A stretch of 64,000 nucleotides of DNA from an uncultured Bacillaceae bacterium (GTDB taxonomy: Bacteria > Bacillota > Bacilli > Bacillales > Bacillaceae_B), in the NCBI GenBank assembly GCA_963762295.1, contig CAVXKK010000003.1, forward strand, positions 265,398 through 329,397. The letters run 5' to 3'. The translations under genes were made by a program, and so were the position numbers. Below, piece after piece: positions 29,506-39,882 of this stretch (its first letter is position 1; the number at the start of each line of letters is the position of its first letter). The notes under the pieces were generated by a model. The model saw only the letters and a program-made list of their open reading frames with translations, was not told the DNA's origin and ran no database searches.

Positions 29506-30042
29506 TTATTTCATGACCTTCTCAAAGCGGAAAAACTCATATTCTTCATCTGTTTCAGGCTTTTCGTGTTCTACATGTGGACCTGGATTGCCCCGGTGAT
29601 AAAACTCTACAATTTGAAAACCACATTTGTTTACGTAAAAGTGGATGTTACGCTTTTCGAAATATGGCGTGTGCAGTTCCCACACTTTCGTTTCCGGGAA
29701 TGCTGCTTCGACGGCTTTCCACGCTTTCGTTCCGAGTCCTTTTCCATGTGTACTGGCCAATGTATAGAGGAAATCAACTTCAATGCGATGAGTATCCCCA
29801 TCAATTTGTAATACGACACCACCAATTCGTTCCCCGTTTAAAAGAAATTGACGAGTCATCGCCGTTTTTGAATAGAGAGAGTGCTCAAAGTCTGCTTCAG
29901 TGGGAATGGGCTTAGTCAGATTGTCTGCTTCTTTACTATTTTCCTGCAAGCCCTTCATAAACGCTTCCTGTATTTCTTCTTTTATTTGAAGTAGCTCTTC
30001 CTGTGGAACAGGGGCCAGTCTAATGGGCTCATCTTGTTTCAA
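29506..30042 (-). CDS. GNAT acetyltransferase
   Basis: 'HGKGLGTKAW', 'TPYFEKRNIHFYVNKCGF'; TTG start after AAAGGA. Confidence 0.85.
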   Translation of the reverse strand: MKQDEPIRLAPVPQEELLQIKEEIQEAFMKGLQENSKEADNLTKPIPTEADFEHSLYSKTAMTRQFLLNGERIGGVVLQIDGDTHRIEVDFLYTLASTHGKGLGTKAWKAVEAAFPETKVWELHTPYFEKRNIHFYVNKCGFQIVEFYHRGNPGPHVEHEKPETDEEYEFFRFEKVMK

Positions 30043-30071
30043 TTTAACCAGTCCTTTCCATCTATTGTCAA

Positions 30072-30545
30072 TTAAAATATCCGTCCAACTGATAAAAACA
30101 GCAGGCTCCATAATAAGGCACTTGACCCTGCAAAGAGCGTATAGGTCTTGAGGGACATATGTGACATCCCGCAGAAATAGCCGGCAAAATGGCGCATTCC
30201 TGGAATGAAGTAACTCACAATGATGGCGGGGGTACCATACTTCCCAATCCATCCCTCTGCTTTTTCACTCCATTTCCCAGATGACTTCACCCATTTCCCC
30301 AGCCAATCCAGGAATGGGCGTCCTACTCTTTTTCCAAGTCCGTAGCTTACAAGCATACCAATAAGGGATCCTAAGAACACAGCGATAAAGGAAAAACTGT
30401 AGTGCAGCAAGCCAGTCTTTGTAAGATACCCAACCAGTAGGACCATCACTTCATCCGGGACAGGAAGACTGAATAATCCAAGTGCAAGTACAGTGAAGAT
30501 AGCTATATATCCATAGTTTTCAATTAACTGCTCAATGAAAGCCAT
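30072..30545 (-). CDS. DedA-family protein, YbfM/PetA-like
   Basis: 'IEQLIENYGYIAIF...LPVPDEVM...SYFIPGMRH' follows remembered B. subtilis YbfM; adjacent to pssA as in B. subtilis. Confidence 0.85.
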   Translation of the reverse strand: MAFIEQLIENYGYIAIFTVLALGLFSLPVPDEVMVLLVGYLTKTGLLHYSFSFIAVFLGSLIGMLVSYGLGKRVGRPFLDWLGKWVKSSGKWSEKAEGWIGKYGTPAIIVSYFIPGMRHFAGYFCGMSHMSLKTYTLFAGSSALLWSLLFLSVGRIF

Positions 30546-31071
30546 TTGCCTTTTCCTCGTCCACTTTCATTTTTTTAAAATGAGGGAATCTCACGTGGCT
30601 TACCATGAGCCAAGCAAGGAAACAAGTGCTGATTGCTACCAGCCATGGCGGCATGAACAACACACTGACAAGTAACCCAATAGCTGCACCTGGAACAGGT
30701 AGACCAACAAAAACTGGTAAATCGCTTTGCATCGTATTGTAACGTGCTAAACGAAGGACAGAGCCAATGGTAAAAAATAACACGATTCCTAAACCTACTT
30801 TCCCAAGCCCTGATAATACAAGCTGATACGCTACGATCGAAGGCGCTAGACCGAATGTCACAATATCTGAAAGTGAATCCAGCTCTTTCCCAAATGTTGA
30901 AACGGCATTCAATTCCCGTGCTGCCCATCCATCCAATGAATCGAATACTAAACCTAAACTTATATAAAGTATGGATACGCCAACTTTCTGTTCAAAAACG
31001 AATAAGATTGCGGAAACGCCACAAGTAAAGTTACAAAGTGTCAGAACCGTTGGAAATAGCTGCTGCGGCAT
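30532..31071 (-). CDS. pssA: CDP-diacylglycerol-serine O-phosphatidyltransferase
   Basis: CDP-alcohol motif 'DSLDGWAARELNAVSTFGKELDSLSDIVTFG', 'LRLARYN', 'FVGLPVP'. Confidence 0.9.
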   Translation of the reverse strand: MPQQLFPTVLTLCNFTCGVSAILFVFEQKVGVSILYISLGLVFDSLDGWAARELNAVSTFGKELDSLSDIVTFGLAPSIVAYQLVLSGLGKVGLGIVLFFTIGSVLRLARYNTMQSDLPVFVGLPVPGAAIGLLVSVLFMPPWLVAISTCFLAWLMVSHVRFPHFKKMKVDEEKANGFH

Positions 31072-31161
31072 AAAAATACTCCTCCCCTCTCTCATGAAGA
31101 CATGTCAAGCCCTCACTAAGACTTGTTTCCTGTTTCTTTTCTTGATAAGTTCACAGTAAAA

Positions 31162-31192
31162 AGTGTAAGGTATGGAGTAACTCCAGGGTAAA
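31162..31192 (-). promoter_or_regulatory. MerR-type promoter (TTTACC-N19-TACACT) with operator TGGAGT-t-ACTCCA driving pssA
   Basis: 19-bp spacer containing a perfect palindrome at 31173-31185. Confidence 0.7.
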
Positions 31193-31209
31193 GAGGGAAG
31201 GCGAATTAA

Positions 31210-32025
31210 ATGAAAAAAAAGAACAATAAAACATTCTCCACAGGCGAATTTGCCAAATTACTTGAGGTCAACAAAGATACTTTGCTTTATTACGATAAAA
31301 TTGACTTATTTAAACCAGCCGGTATTCACGATAATGGCTATCGTTATTATACATTTGAGCAATTCGACCATTTTATGGCCATTCAATCACTCCGAACAGT
31401 AGAGCTTCCAATTAAAGAGCTGAAATCCTATTTTGATGAACCTAACGCGTCTTCATTGCAACAGTTAGCGATGGAACAGCAGGAAAAAGTAGCAAAGGAA
31501 ATACAAAAGTTGCAGGATATTCAGTTTTTCCTTGATCGTACGGTTGCGCTGACAAAAGAAATGGACCAGGTCCCATATGGAGAAGTCATGATCAAGCAAT
31601 TACCTGCTGAGCTTGTTGTCTATAGTATGGAGAAAATCGACTGGTCAGATTCAATGGAAACGCTATACGAATATTCCATGCAATTTATCAAGCAGCTCGG
31701 AGTAAAAGGTTTGGCTGCCAATGGGGTCGTTTATGAAAAAGACGCTCTTTTACACGAAGGCTCCGAACATGTCAGTCGCCTCTTTTGCCGTCTGGATGCT
31801 CCATCAGCTCAAACCAAACCAGCAGGACTGTATGCCATCATCTATCAAAAAGTAGGCTATGAGGAAATACCTGAAGTCCTTCATCAATTGCTTACCTATT
31901 TACAAGAGGAAGGATGGGCACTTGACGGGGATCTATACGAGGAATATTTACTACACTCACTATCTGCAAAGGAAGAAAAAGATTACACGACAAAAATTAG
32001 TGTGAAAGTAAAACCTATTCGTTAG
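31210..32025 (+). CDS. MerR-family regulator with GyrI-like domain (BltR/BmrR-like)
   Basis: 'FSTGEFAKLLEVNKDTLLYYDKIDLFKP...NGYRYY'; C-terminal 'KPAGLYA...LYEEYL'. Confidence 0.9.
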   Translation: MKKKNNKTFSTGEFAKLLEVNKDTLLYYDKIDLFKPAGIHDNGYRYYTFEQFDHFMAIQSLRTVELPIKELKSYFDEPNASSLQQLAMEQQEKVAKEIQKLQDIQFFLDRTVALTKEMDQVPYGEVMIKQLPAELVVYSMEKIDWSDSMETLYEYSMQFIKQLGVKGLAANGVVYEKDALLHEGSEHVSRLFCRLDAPSAQTKPAGLYAIIYQKVGYEEIPEVLHQLLTYLQEEGWALDGDLYEEYLLHSLSAKEEKDYTTKISVKVKPIR

Positions 32026-32335
32026 TTTCTTCCCATTCATACAACCCATCTATTATCTGTTTAGACATCCGAGGATGCAGGCATACAATCGTGGGAAGAT
32101 CCGTTTCTATCTGCAGTTTCTACCTATCCTGATATCCTTCTACCTTTACAATTTTTCTTTCTCAGCCCTACTCGAAAAATTCGCTTCTAATTAAATAAGT
32201 AATAGTGCGAGTAAATAGTTAACGCAAAAAAGATCCCCGGAAACGAGGACCCTTTTCGTTGGGCTTCCATAGCCTTTTTATACTCATCTTCTTCCTTATT
32301 GAACCAGTAGCAACCCTTATGTCTTTCCCAACACC

Positions 32336-32509
32336 CTACTGACCACTTCCAGTATGTCGATTATCCCCCATCATATAGTTCGAACTGTCCCCCGGCCTCG
32401 CATTCGGATCGGTTGGCATATGAGGATTATTGTTGTTTCTCCTGCGTCTCCAGTCAATGAATAACGCGAACAATAAAACCCCTACAATCAGTATGACAAA
32501 CCACCACAT
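32336..32509 (-). CDS. Small single-TM protein (57 aa)
   Basis: AAGGAGG RBS; MWWFVILIVGVLLFALFIDWRRRR; ECF promoter upstream. Confidence 0.7.
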   Translation of the reverse strand: MWWFVILIVGVLLFALFIDWRRRRNNNNPHMPTDPNARPGDSSNYMMGDNRHTGSGQ

Positions 32510-32553
32510 ATCGGTTTCCTCCTTCGTCGAGTGGAATCCATCTTTACTATACA

Positions 32554-32579
32554 TACGAACTTGTTTGAGAACAGTTTCA
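32554..32579 (-). promoter_or_regulatory. SigW-type promoter TGAAAC-N16-CGTA
   Basis: Exact match to the B. subtilis SigW consensus upstream of the small protein. Confidence 0.65.
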
Positions 32580-32631
32580 AATTTATTCCATTCCATTCAT
32601 ATATGGCGGACGCAAATCAAACGCAGTTTTT

Positions 32632-33518
32632 CTATTTGAATTTCCGCCTAACCTCGCCCACAACGGCTTCCCGATCATCCCAATGAAGCATATGGGTAGT
32701 GTCTTCTATGTACTTGATGGTGATATCAGACAGGCGTTTCACATCTTCAAGCAGCCCCTCATTGATCACGGAGAATTCGCGGGGGAGGGTTGCGACCAGC
32801 AGGGTTATGGACTCACTGTCCAACTCCTGATAAAGGTCGCGGATGGGTGACTGTGCCATGGACCGTATGGCAGCAGCCGCTACTTCAGGTGTGGTATGAG
32901 TTTTATTTTCCCATCCACTTCCTTCACATAGTCTTCGGAAGCCTTTCGTTTGAGCGTCGACCATTCGCTTGCTTTCGCCTCTTCGTTTTCCAGGAATGCT
33001 GTTAAGCTCGGATATCCAAATGCCGAAAAGGACTCCGATGTATAGTGGACCTCCTTTTCCACCGAGTTGATATTCGGCCATTTCCAGTCCGGGCTCTGTG
33101 CCAGGCCGTCCACGATTTCATAGAATGCCTTTTTTGTTGTATAGCCTCCGTCGATGAGAATCATCCTGATCACGGATGCCCTGTATTCTTTCATATAGTG
33201 AAGGGCGATATCCGCTCCATATGAATGAGCCAGGAAATAGAACCGGGAGACACCAAGCTCCGCAAGCACAACATGTAGCCACCTGACCATGCTCCCCATG
33301 CTGTATTCTTCTTCTGATTTGAACGCTTCACTTCGGCCATGGCCGGGAAGATCGAGGGAAACCATATGATATTCACTCTTCAGTTCTTCACCGATTTCGA
33401 TGAAACTTAAACTAGAGTTGCCCTGGCCGTGCAAGCATATGATTGTGGGTAGATGCGTTTTTCCCCACGTCTTGATCCTTACCTGGTAACCATCTATATG
33501 TATGACTTGTTCTTTCAT
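32632..33518 (-). pseudogene. Alpha/beta hydrolase, frameshifted near 32890
   Basis: 'CLHGQG', 'DLPGHGRS', nucleophile 'AHSYGA'; C-terminal 'THMLHWD' in another frame. Confidence 0.8.
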
Positions 33519-33665
33519 GATTGGACCCCTTTTCATCTATGAAACATGAAGATGACCATCAATCGTAAAAACCCTTCTGCCTCACACTAGATTGTCATTA
33601 TCTTCCCTCTAATCAAGCCAAAATCACTCATGAACGTTATTCCCGTAACTTAGTACTATTTACAA

Positions 33666-34211
33666 TTAAAATGCAGGAGGCGTGACAGAGAAAAGGATAC
33701 TTACCTCCTCTTGTGATGTATTTCGGTACATATGCTCGGCAAAAGGAGGGATCTTCACGCTGTCCCCTGCCTGAAGGATATGGGTGGTTCCTTCCAGCGT
33801 CAGCTCGATCGGTCCCTGCATGACAAACGCCACTTCTTCCCCCCTATGGGAAAGGGGTGAGTCAGAAGATGCTGCCCCTGCGGATAGCCTCATGATGGCC
33901 GTGACCAATGTACTGGTGAAGTCAGGCGACACCAGTTCGTAGTGGATTCCGTCGATCATCATCTGCTTCCGTTCTTCCTTTCTTACAATCAGCTCGCTTG
34001 CATCGTGTTGCTCCATGAGGAAGGTGAACACCGGGGTATCGAGGGCTTTTGCGATGGACTTCAGCGACTGGATGGACGGTGTCGCCTTCCCCTTTTCAAT
34101 CTGATTGAGCATGGATGTCGTGAGCCCGGCGTCCTGAGCGAGCTGGGTTTGCGTCCTGCCCGCTTCTTTTCTGAGCTGGGTAATCTTCTTTGCTAGTTCA
34201 TCTTGTTCCAT
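33666..34211 (-). CDS. XRE-family regulator with cupin domain
   Basis: HTH 'TQTQLAQDAGLTTSMLNQIEKG'; cupin 'HRGEE'. Confidence 0.92.
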   Translation of the reverse strand: MEQDELAKKITQLRKEAGRTQTQLAQDAGLTTSMLNQIEKGKATPSIQSLKSIAKALDTPVFTFLMEQHDASELIVRKEERKQMMIDGIHYELVSPDFTSTLVTAIMRLSAGAASSDSPLSHRGEEVAFVMQGPIELTLEGTTHILQAGDSVKIPPFAEHMYRNTSQEEVSILFSVTPPAF

Positions 34212-34274
34212 GGTGACACCTCTTTAAATTAAATTTAACTATTTTAAATTATAATTGTTTAGTTGTCGTTTGAG

Positions 34275-34293
34275 TGTTAAATTCAATTTAACA
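34275..34293. promoter_or_regulatory. Operator-like palindrome TGTTAAATT-c-AATTTAACA
   Basis: Perfect 9-1-9 inverted repeat, with a related copy near the XRE start. Confidence 0.55.
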
Positions 34294-34329
34294 TTTTTTA
34301 ACTACAGTAGCCACCAAGGAGGGACTACG

Positions 34330-34929
34330 ATGATCACATTTATATTGATGACCCTGTTCGTCGTCATGAGCCCAGGCGTCGACACGGCCCTGATCACGAA
34401 AAGGACCATTGCAGGAAACAAAAAAGACGGCATCTGGATGGCCTTCGGGATTTCACTCGGTTCCCTCGGTCATACGATTGCCGTCACGTGCGGGTTATCG
34501 GCCCTTCTCTTCCAATCAGCCTGGGCGTTCCAGACGTTGAAATGGGTGGGCGCCCTCTATTTGATCTACTTGGGGATCCAGTCCCTATGGGTAAGGAAAC
34601 ACACGGGGAAAGGAGTACAGGTGGAAGCTAAGCGCTCTCCCCTTACTCAAGGGCTACTCTCCAATCTACTGAACCCGAAAGTCCTGATTTTCTTTCTCAC
34701 ATTCCTGCCCCAATTCGTGACAGACACCGACCGGGCGATGGTATCGTTTCTCCTTATGGGGCTCACTTATACACTTCTCTCCTTGATCTGGTTCATCCTT
34801 TACGTCATCTGCCTTCATTACATTCGTGAATGGCTCCTATCACCGATCGTCCAACGGTGGATGGAAGGTGCGACCGGCGTTGTGCTGATCCTGTTTGGCA
34901 TCAAGCTCTTGTTCACCCAGGGAGGATGA
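34330..34929 (+). CDS. LysE/RhtB-family exporter
   Basis: 'SPGVDT', 'LKWVGALYL', 'NLLNPKVLIFF'. Confidence 0.92.
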   Translation: MITFILMTLFVVMSPGVDTALITKRTIAGNKKDGIWMAFGISLGSLGHTIAVTCGLSALLFQSAWAFQTLKWVGALYLIYLGIQSLWVRKHTGKGVQVEAKRSPLTQGLLSNLLNPKVLIFFLTFLPQFVTDTDRAMVSFLLMGLTYTLLSLIWFILYVICLHYIREWLLSPIVQRWMEGATGVVLILFGIKLLFTQGG

Positions 34930-35053
34930 GTCCATTCATCGTACTTCAAGCTTCAACACCTGGATCTTGGCTGCTCCTTCTATTCTCCATCTTGCCCGCT
35001 TCAGGAAACTTTTCTATAATGAATATACTAAAAATTCACAATTGGAGGCTCCC

Positions 35054-35530
35054 ATGAAGATTCGATTATTGGAAGAGAAAGACAACAAAGCAATGGCAGC
35101 GATCATCCGCGACATCCTGGAAGCCAATCATCTCGACATCCCTGGAACAGCGTACTTCGATCCTTATCTGGACGACCTATCAAGCTACTATAGTGAACAG
35201 CCCGACGCCTGTTACTGGGTAGCGGTGAACGAGCAGGACCAGATCCTGGGAGGGGTCGGCATCGCCCCGTTCGATAGGCAACAACGGATCTGTGAGCTGC
35301 AGAAGCTTTATGTGTCACCGGAAGCCAGGGGGCTCGGGGTGGCCAAATCGCTCATGAACACGGCCCTTGCGTTCGCCTCGGACCACTATGATCACTGCTA
35401 CCTCGAAACAATGGAGCAGCTGAAGGCAGCCAACTCTCTATACGATCGATTGGGCTTCACCAAGCGTACAGAACCCTTGGATGGATCCGAGCATGGAACC
35501 ATGGATACGTGGTACATCAAACAGCTCTGA
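35054..35530 (+). CDS. GNAT acetyltransferase (YjgM-like)
   Basis: 'CELQKLYVSPEARGLGVA', 'CYLET', 'LYDRLGF'. Confidence 0.9.
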   Translation: MKIRLLEEKDNKAMAAIIRDILEANHLDIPGTAYFDPYLDDLSSYYSEQPDACYWVAVNEQDQILGGVGIAPFDRQQRICELQKLYVSPEARGLGVAKSLMNTALAFASDHYDHCYLETMEQLKAANSLYDRLGFTKRTEPLDGSEHGTMDTWYIKQL

Positions 35531-35809
35531 CTTATTTGTAGAAGATGACCGATCGAACAATCTCAAAAAAGTACTCTTTCCACGATTTCTTTGGCAATCC
35601 GATCCTCTCCTTTATCGTCAATATGAATAGTATAAAGGTGTACCAGGGACGATCCCATTAAGATTGGAACGCATTTTCCTATAAGACGTTAAGAAACTAT
35701 TTAAATATCAATGGAAACATTCAGATCACGATCATTCCAACAGCGTCTCTTCCCTTCAAACATGAACGTCTGTCACGGTACCAGAAACTACTACCATCAA
35801 GGAGTTTTT

Positions 35810-37099
35810 ATGAAACAGATCCTCAGTATCGCCATCATCCTATGTTGCTTCCTACCTCTTCACACGGAAGCAGCGGGACCGTCCACTTTGTTCGTCTCCC
35901 CTGATGGAGATGACAGCCATCCCGGCACAAAGGAACAGCCCTTCAAGACGTTGAAAAAAGCAAGCGAACTGGCCGTGCCGGGTACCACAGTCTACCTGAG
36001 GGAGGGCAAGTATCCTGAACGGCTGGACATCAAGCATTCCGGGACAAAGCAAGAACCGATCCGCTTCACTCATTATGAAGATGAGGTCCCGGTGATCAGC
36101 GGGGAGACTGCACCTCCAGATGGTGGCCTCATTACCATCCGCGATAAAAGCTATATCACGATCCAAGGACTCGATGTGGGAGGCCTCTCCACCGATCAAG
36201 AGGAACCCACCCCGTCCGGTATTTTAGTAGAAGGAAACGGGACAGGCATCCGGATCCTTGATAACCGGATCCATGATATCACCACCACTCATCCGAACGG
36301 AAACACCCACGGCATTGCTTTTTATGGCACAGAGGCACCTGAACCGCTCCAGGATATCGAGATTTCCGGCAACACCCTCGAACACCTCACCTTGGGATTC
36401 AGTGAAGCGATGACGTTGAACGGCAATGTGAAGGATTTCCTCATCAAAGGGAATACGATCCGCAATGTAGATAACATCGGCATCGATGTCATCGGCTTTG
36501 AAGGGGTTGCCCCGATTGAGCAATACGATCAAGCGCGCGAAGGCATCATCCGTGACAATCATGTGTATAACGTCAGCAGTCATTCCAACCCTGCCTACCA
36601 TGAAGAATACTCCGCCGGAGGCATCTATGTGGACGGAGGGAAGGATGTGGTCATCGAGCACAACATCTCCCACCATAACGACCTTGGAATCGAGATTGCC
36701 AGTGAGCATCCCGGCGAACAAACGACGCGGGTCCAGATTGCCTGCAACCAAGTTTACGGGAACCGCTACACGGGTATTTCAATCGGGGGTTACGATTTGA
36801 AACGGGGTGGCACCACGTACACCCGCATTTCCCATAACCTCCTCTACGGAAATGACACCATGGGCATGGACGGGGGACAGCTGCTCATGCAGTATCATGC
36901 CACTCAGAATCTGGTGGAAAACAACATCATGATCCCCACCGATACCGGCTTGTTCCTGGCAAGCCTCCACCCGTCCAACCGGGACAATCAGCTGATCGGG
37001 AATGTGTACGGAAACCACAGCAGTGAGTCCGACCGCTGGATCTGGAATGGACAAGATATCACACATCCGCCCTTCATCCCCGGTGTGATCCACAACTAA
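35810..37099 (+). CDS. Secreted right-handed parallel beta-helix protein (DUF1565-like)
   Basis: Signal peptide; 'VSPDGDDSHPGTKEQPFKT'; repeated GI/NxI beta-helix turns. Confidence 0.82.
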   Translation: MKQILSIAIILCCFLPLHTEAAGPSTLFVSPDGDDSHPGTKEQPFKTLKKASELAVPGTTVYLREGKYPERLDIKHSGTKQEPIRFTHYEDEVPVISGETAPPDGGLITIRDKSYITIQGLDVGGLSTDQEEPTPSGILVEGNGTGIRILDNRIHDITTTHPNGNTHGIAFYGTEAPEPLQDIEISGNTLEHLTLGFSEAMTLNGNVKDFLIKGNTIRNVDNIGIDVIGFEGVAPIEQYDQAREGIIRDNHVYNVSSHSNPAYHEEYSAGGIYVDGGKDVVIEHNISHHNDLGIEIASEHPGEQTTRVQIACNQVYGNRYTGISIGGYDLKRGGTTYTRISHNLLYGNDTMGMDGGQLLMQYHATQNLVENNIMIPTDTGLFLASLHPSNRDNQLIGNVYGNHSSESDRWIWNGQDITHPPFIPGVIHN

Positions 37100-37120
37100 A
37101 ATCGAAAGGGGCCATTGCCC

Positions 37121-37687
37121 ATGAAGACTGAAAAAGAAAAGATGCTTGCAGGAAAGAACTACAATCCCGCCGATCCCGAACTCGTGGCAGGAAGAACCCA
37201 TGCCCGTGAAAAGATCCATGACTTCAATCATTCACCGGTCGCAGACCTCGACAAGCGCACATCCATCATCCGCGAACTATTCGGTGAAACCGGAGACCAG
37301 TTCTTCATCGAACCGAGCTTCCGCTGTGACTATGGCTCCAATATTTACGTCGGGGAGAACTTCTACGCGAACTTTGACTGCGTCCTCCTTGATGTGTGCG
37401 ATATCCACATAGGTGACAACTGCTTCATCGCCCCTGGCGTACACATCTACACCGCCACCCACCCAATAGATCCCCATGAGCGGAACAGCGGCATCGAGTC
37501 GGGCAAACCCGTCACCATCGGTCACAACGTCTGGATTGGCGGACGTGCCGTCATCAACCCCGGCGTCACAATCGGCGACAATGTTGTCATCGGCTCAGGT
37601 GCCGTGGTCACAAAGGATATCCCTGATAACGTCGTAGTCGGTGGGAATCCTGCCAAGGTCATCAAGTGGGTCAACAATAAAGGGTGA
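37121..37687 (+). CDS. maa: Maltose O-acetyltransferase
   Basis: 'TEKEKMLAG', 'FRCDYGSNI', hexapeptide repeats 'GGNPAKVI'. Confidence 0.92.
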   Translation: MKTEKEKMLAGKNYNPADPELVAGRTHAREKIHDFNHSPVADLDKRTSIIRELFGETGDQFFIEPSFRCDYGSNIYVGENFYANFDCVLLDVCDIHIGDNCFIAPGVHIYTATHPIDPHERNSGIESGKPVTIGHNVWIGGRAVINPGVTIGDNVVIGSGAVVTKDIPDNVVVGGNPAKVIKWVNNKG

Positions 37688-37695
37688 CCTCACCC

Positions 37696-38091
37696 ATGGA
37701 CCTTGACCAAGAGGACATTGAACGCTCAAAAACGTGGGCAAAATGGGGATGTTTCCTGTGGGCTATCTTGTTGGTGCTGGGTCCACTCCTCTCCATTGGA
37801 GGGTATTTGTTGTACACTACCGAACTAAAAGAACGACCTTTGTTCGTAAGCGAATCCCCCAGTCGGACGAACCAAATAGAAGTGAACGAGAAAGGGGAGC
37901 CCTTTTTCTTCGGGCCTTCCTCTGTCCGGATTCGCTTTGGTCATCAGCATATAGACCGGACGCTCTACAATGATGGGAAAAAACTGAATGGATCGAACGC
38001 TTCTGTCCAGTGGAAGGATGATTATACCGCTGTTGTCACCTTGTACGGTGAAGAACAAGAGGCCGAGACGATTGAACTGACCCTGGAATGA
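37696..38091 (+). CDS. Hypothetical single-TM protein
   Basis: TM then 'FFFGPSSVRI', 'LYNDGK', 'LYGEEQ'. Confidence 0.7.
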   Translation: MDLDQEDIERSKTWAKWGCFLWAILLVLGPLLSIGGYLLYTTELKERPLFVSESPSRTNQIEVNEKGEPFFFGPSSVRIRFGHQHIDRTLYNDGKKLNGSNASVQWKDDYTAVVTLYGEEQEAETIELTLE

Positions 38092-38138
38092 ATCGTGAAA
38101 AAGACCAAAAGACACCCCGATGCCTTTTGGTCTTTTTG

Positions 38139-38717
38139 TTAGATCAAGTGCTTAGCACAATTGTATAGGGAACAGTCCCACCGATCCTCGTGATGATGCA
38201 ACACCGTGATGGATGTATTCTCCATATTCGTCTGTTGGAAGGTATCGGGCATCAATCGCTTGAGCGTCAAACCAATCAAGGCCCCGTGGCTCACCACCAA
38301 CACCCTTTTGCCTTCATATTTCTGGAGCACATCTTCTAAAAACCTCACGCCCCTGCGCGCTACGTCTTCATGCTTCTCCATCCCGAGAGCCCTGGTGCGC
38401 CATTCCCTTCCCCACTTTTCGAGGCGCTCTTCTTCCGTCATCCCTTCCGCTTCCCCGCAGTTCACTTCCCTGATCGTTTCATCCGTATGATGAAGGGACA
38501 GCCCGATCTTACTCCCTATGATTTCGGCTGTTTCACTTGCTCGGCATAGATCACTCGCGATGATGAGATCCCACGGCTCCTTGCCGGCTAACCTCTCACC
38601 CAATTTATCCGCCTGTTCCCTGCCTGTTTCATTCAGCGGGATGTCGCTGATTCCCTGAGCTTTCCCCAAGAGATTCCACTCTGTGATGCCATGTCTGATA
38701 AGTCCGACTGTTGTCAT
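38139..38717 (-). CDS. Histidine phosphatase (phosphoglycerate mutase family)
   Basis: 'LIRHGITEWN', 'LVVSHG'. Confidence 0.93.
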   Translation of the reverse strand: MTTVGLIRHGITEWNLLGKAQGISDIPLNETGREQADKLGERLAGKEPWDLIIASDLCRASETAEIIGSKIGLSLHHTDETIREVNCGEAEGMTEEERLEKWGREWRTRALGMEKHEDVARRGVRFLEDVLQKYEGKRVLVVSHGALIGLTLKRLMPDTFQQTNMENTSITVLHHHEDRWDCSLYNCAKHLI

Positions 38718-38854
38718 GATGGTCTCCTCCCACGCAAGAAATTCGTTCTATCTAACCTACTTCTACTCCAAACGTGGATTCACCTTCATTTCTCCCCACT
38801 CCATCAGCCAATTAATGGTAAAATAGGAAACACTACATCTTAAAGGAGCGACCC

Positions 38855-39016
38855 ATGCAAACAAAACTGATCATACTACTCATCAATCTCGTCACCTTGA
38901 TGATCGTGATATCCAAACAAAAGAAAGGCCGGATTACCCTGACCACGAAAAAAACCGTCATCGGACTCGGCATGACGGTTCTTGTTATCAATGTCATGCT
39001 GACGTGGATGATGTAA
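38855..39016 (+). CDS. Small two-TM protein (53 aa), absent from the ORF track
   Basis: AAAGGAG RBS; MQTKLIILLINLVTLMIVISKQKKGRITLTTKKTVIGLGMTVLVINVMLTWMM. Confidence 0.6.
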   Translation: MQTKLIILLINLVTLMIVISKQKKGRITLTTKKTVIGLGMTVLVINVMLTWMM

Positions 39017-39034
39017 TAGAAGGAAGGAACAACC

Positions 39035-39829
39035 ATGAACCCAACCGATGATCTCTACAAACTGGACTTCTCCTACCTCGGGGCCTTCTCGACCCGCCTC
39101 GACACTACGTGGGGAGCTCTCTTTTATAACGAAAATCAGCCCCGCTACTACGATGCCAATCATGCACACGTCATCCGGGAGTGCCATGATCCACAAGCAA
39201 TGGTTGCGGAAGTGGTGTCTTTTTATCAGAAAAAGAACCTCGTACCACGACTCTACATCCATGAGCTCCACCTTCAACAACAGCTGCTGTCTGAACTAGA
39301 AAAGAATCAGTTCCAGTACGAAGAATTCGTCAGCCCCGTCCAGCTATGGAACAACCAGGTGGCGAGTGTGGCCGACAAACAAGGGGTGACCATTGAAGAT
39401 GTGACCGGGGAAAATGTCCAAGAAGCCATCGATGTTGAAAGCACCATCAAAGAATTCGGCAGCAAGAACACCATCACAAAGGTCTTCATGGAGCAGTTTG
39501 CCCACCCTTCGTTCAGCTACTACCTGCTCAGGTTCAATGGGGAGGCGTGTTCAACTGCCTGTCTGTTTCAAGACGGTCTGGATGCGCGCCTTGAAAGCGT
39601 CGCGACCCTTGAATCTCACCGGGGAAAGGGATTAATCGGTCACCTCATCCGCTTCATCCAGGAAGAAACAAGGCGCAGGGGCACGGCCAACCTATGGGTC
39701 CTGCCGATCAATGAAGTCGTGGAGAAGGTGTACGCACGCTACGGGTTCACCACCGTCGAACGGATGCGGAGCGGGCATGCCTTCCTTGCGGGCAAGAGCA
39801 TCAAGGACATACGGGACGGCAAACAGTAA
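39035..39829 (+). CDS. GNAT acetyltransferase
   Basis: 'LESVATLESHRGKGL', 'VYARYGF'. Confidence 0.85.
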   Translation: MNPTDDLYKLDFSYLGAFSTRLDTTWGALFYNENQPRYYDANHAHVIRECHDPQAMVAEVVSFYQKKNLVPRLYIHELHLQQQLLSELEKNQFQYEEFVSPVQLWNNQVASVADKQGVTIEDVTGENVQEAIDVESTIKEFGSKNTITKVFMEQFAHPSFSYYLLRFNGEACSTACLFQDGLDARLESVATLESHRGKGLIGHLIRFIQEETRRRGTANLWVLPINEVVEKVYARYGFTTVERMRSGHAFLAGKSIKDIRDGKQ

Positions 39830-39841
39830 ATGATCACACCA

Positions 39842-39868
39842 AAAAAGCTTGGAATTCCCAAGCTTTTT
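39842..39868. terminator. Bidirectional terminator
   Basis: AAAAAGCTTGG...CCAAGCTTTTT. Confidence 0.7.
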
Positions 39869-39882
39869 GTGCGTTTCTTTCA

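Noticed and set aside
35852-37231. Long antisense ORFs over the beta-helix gene and similar shadows across the window
   Set aside because: They lie opposite well-supported genes, lack RBS and motifs, and are expected from GC-rich third codon positions.
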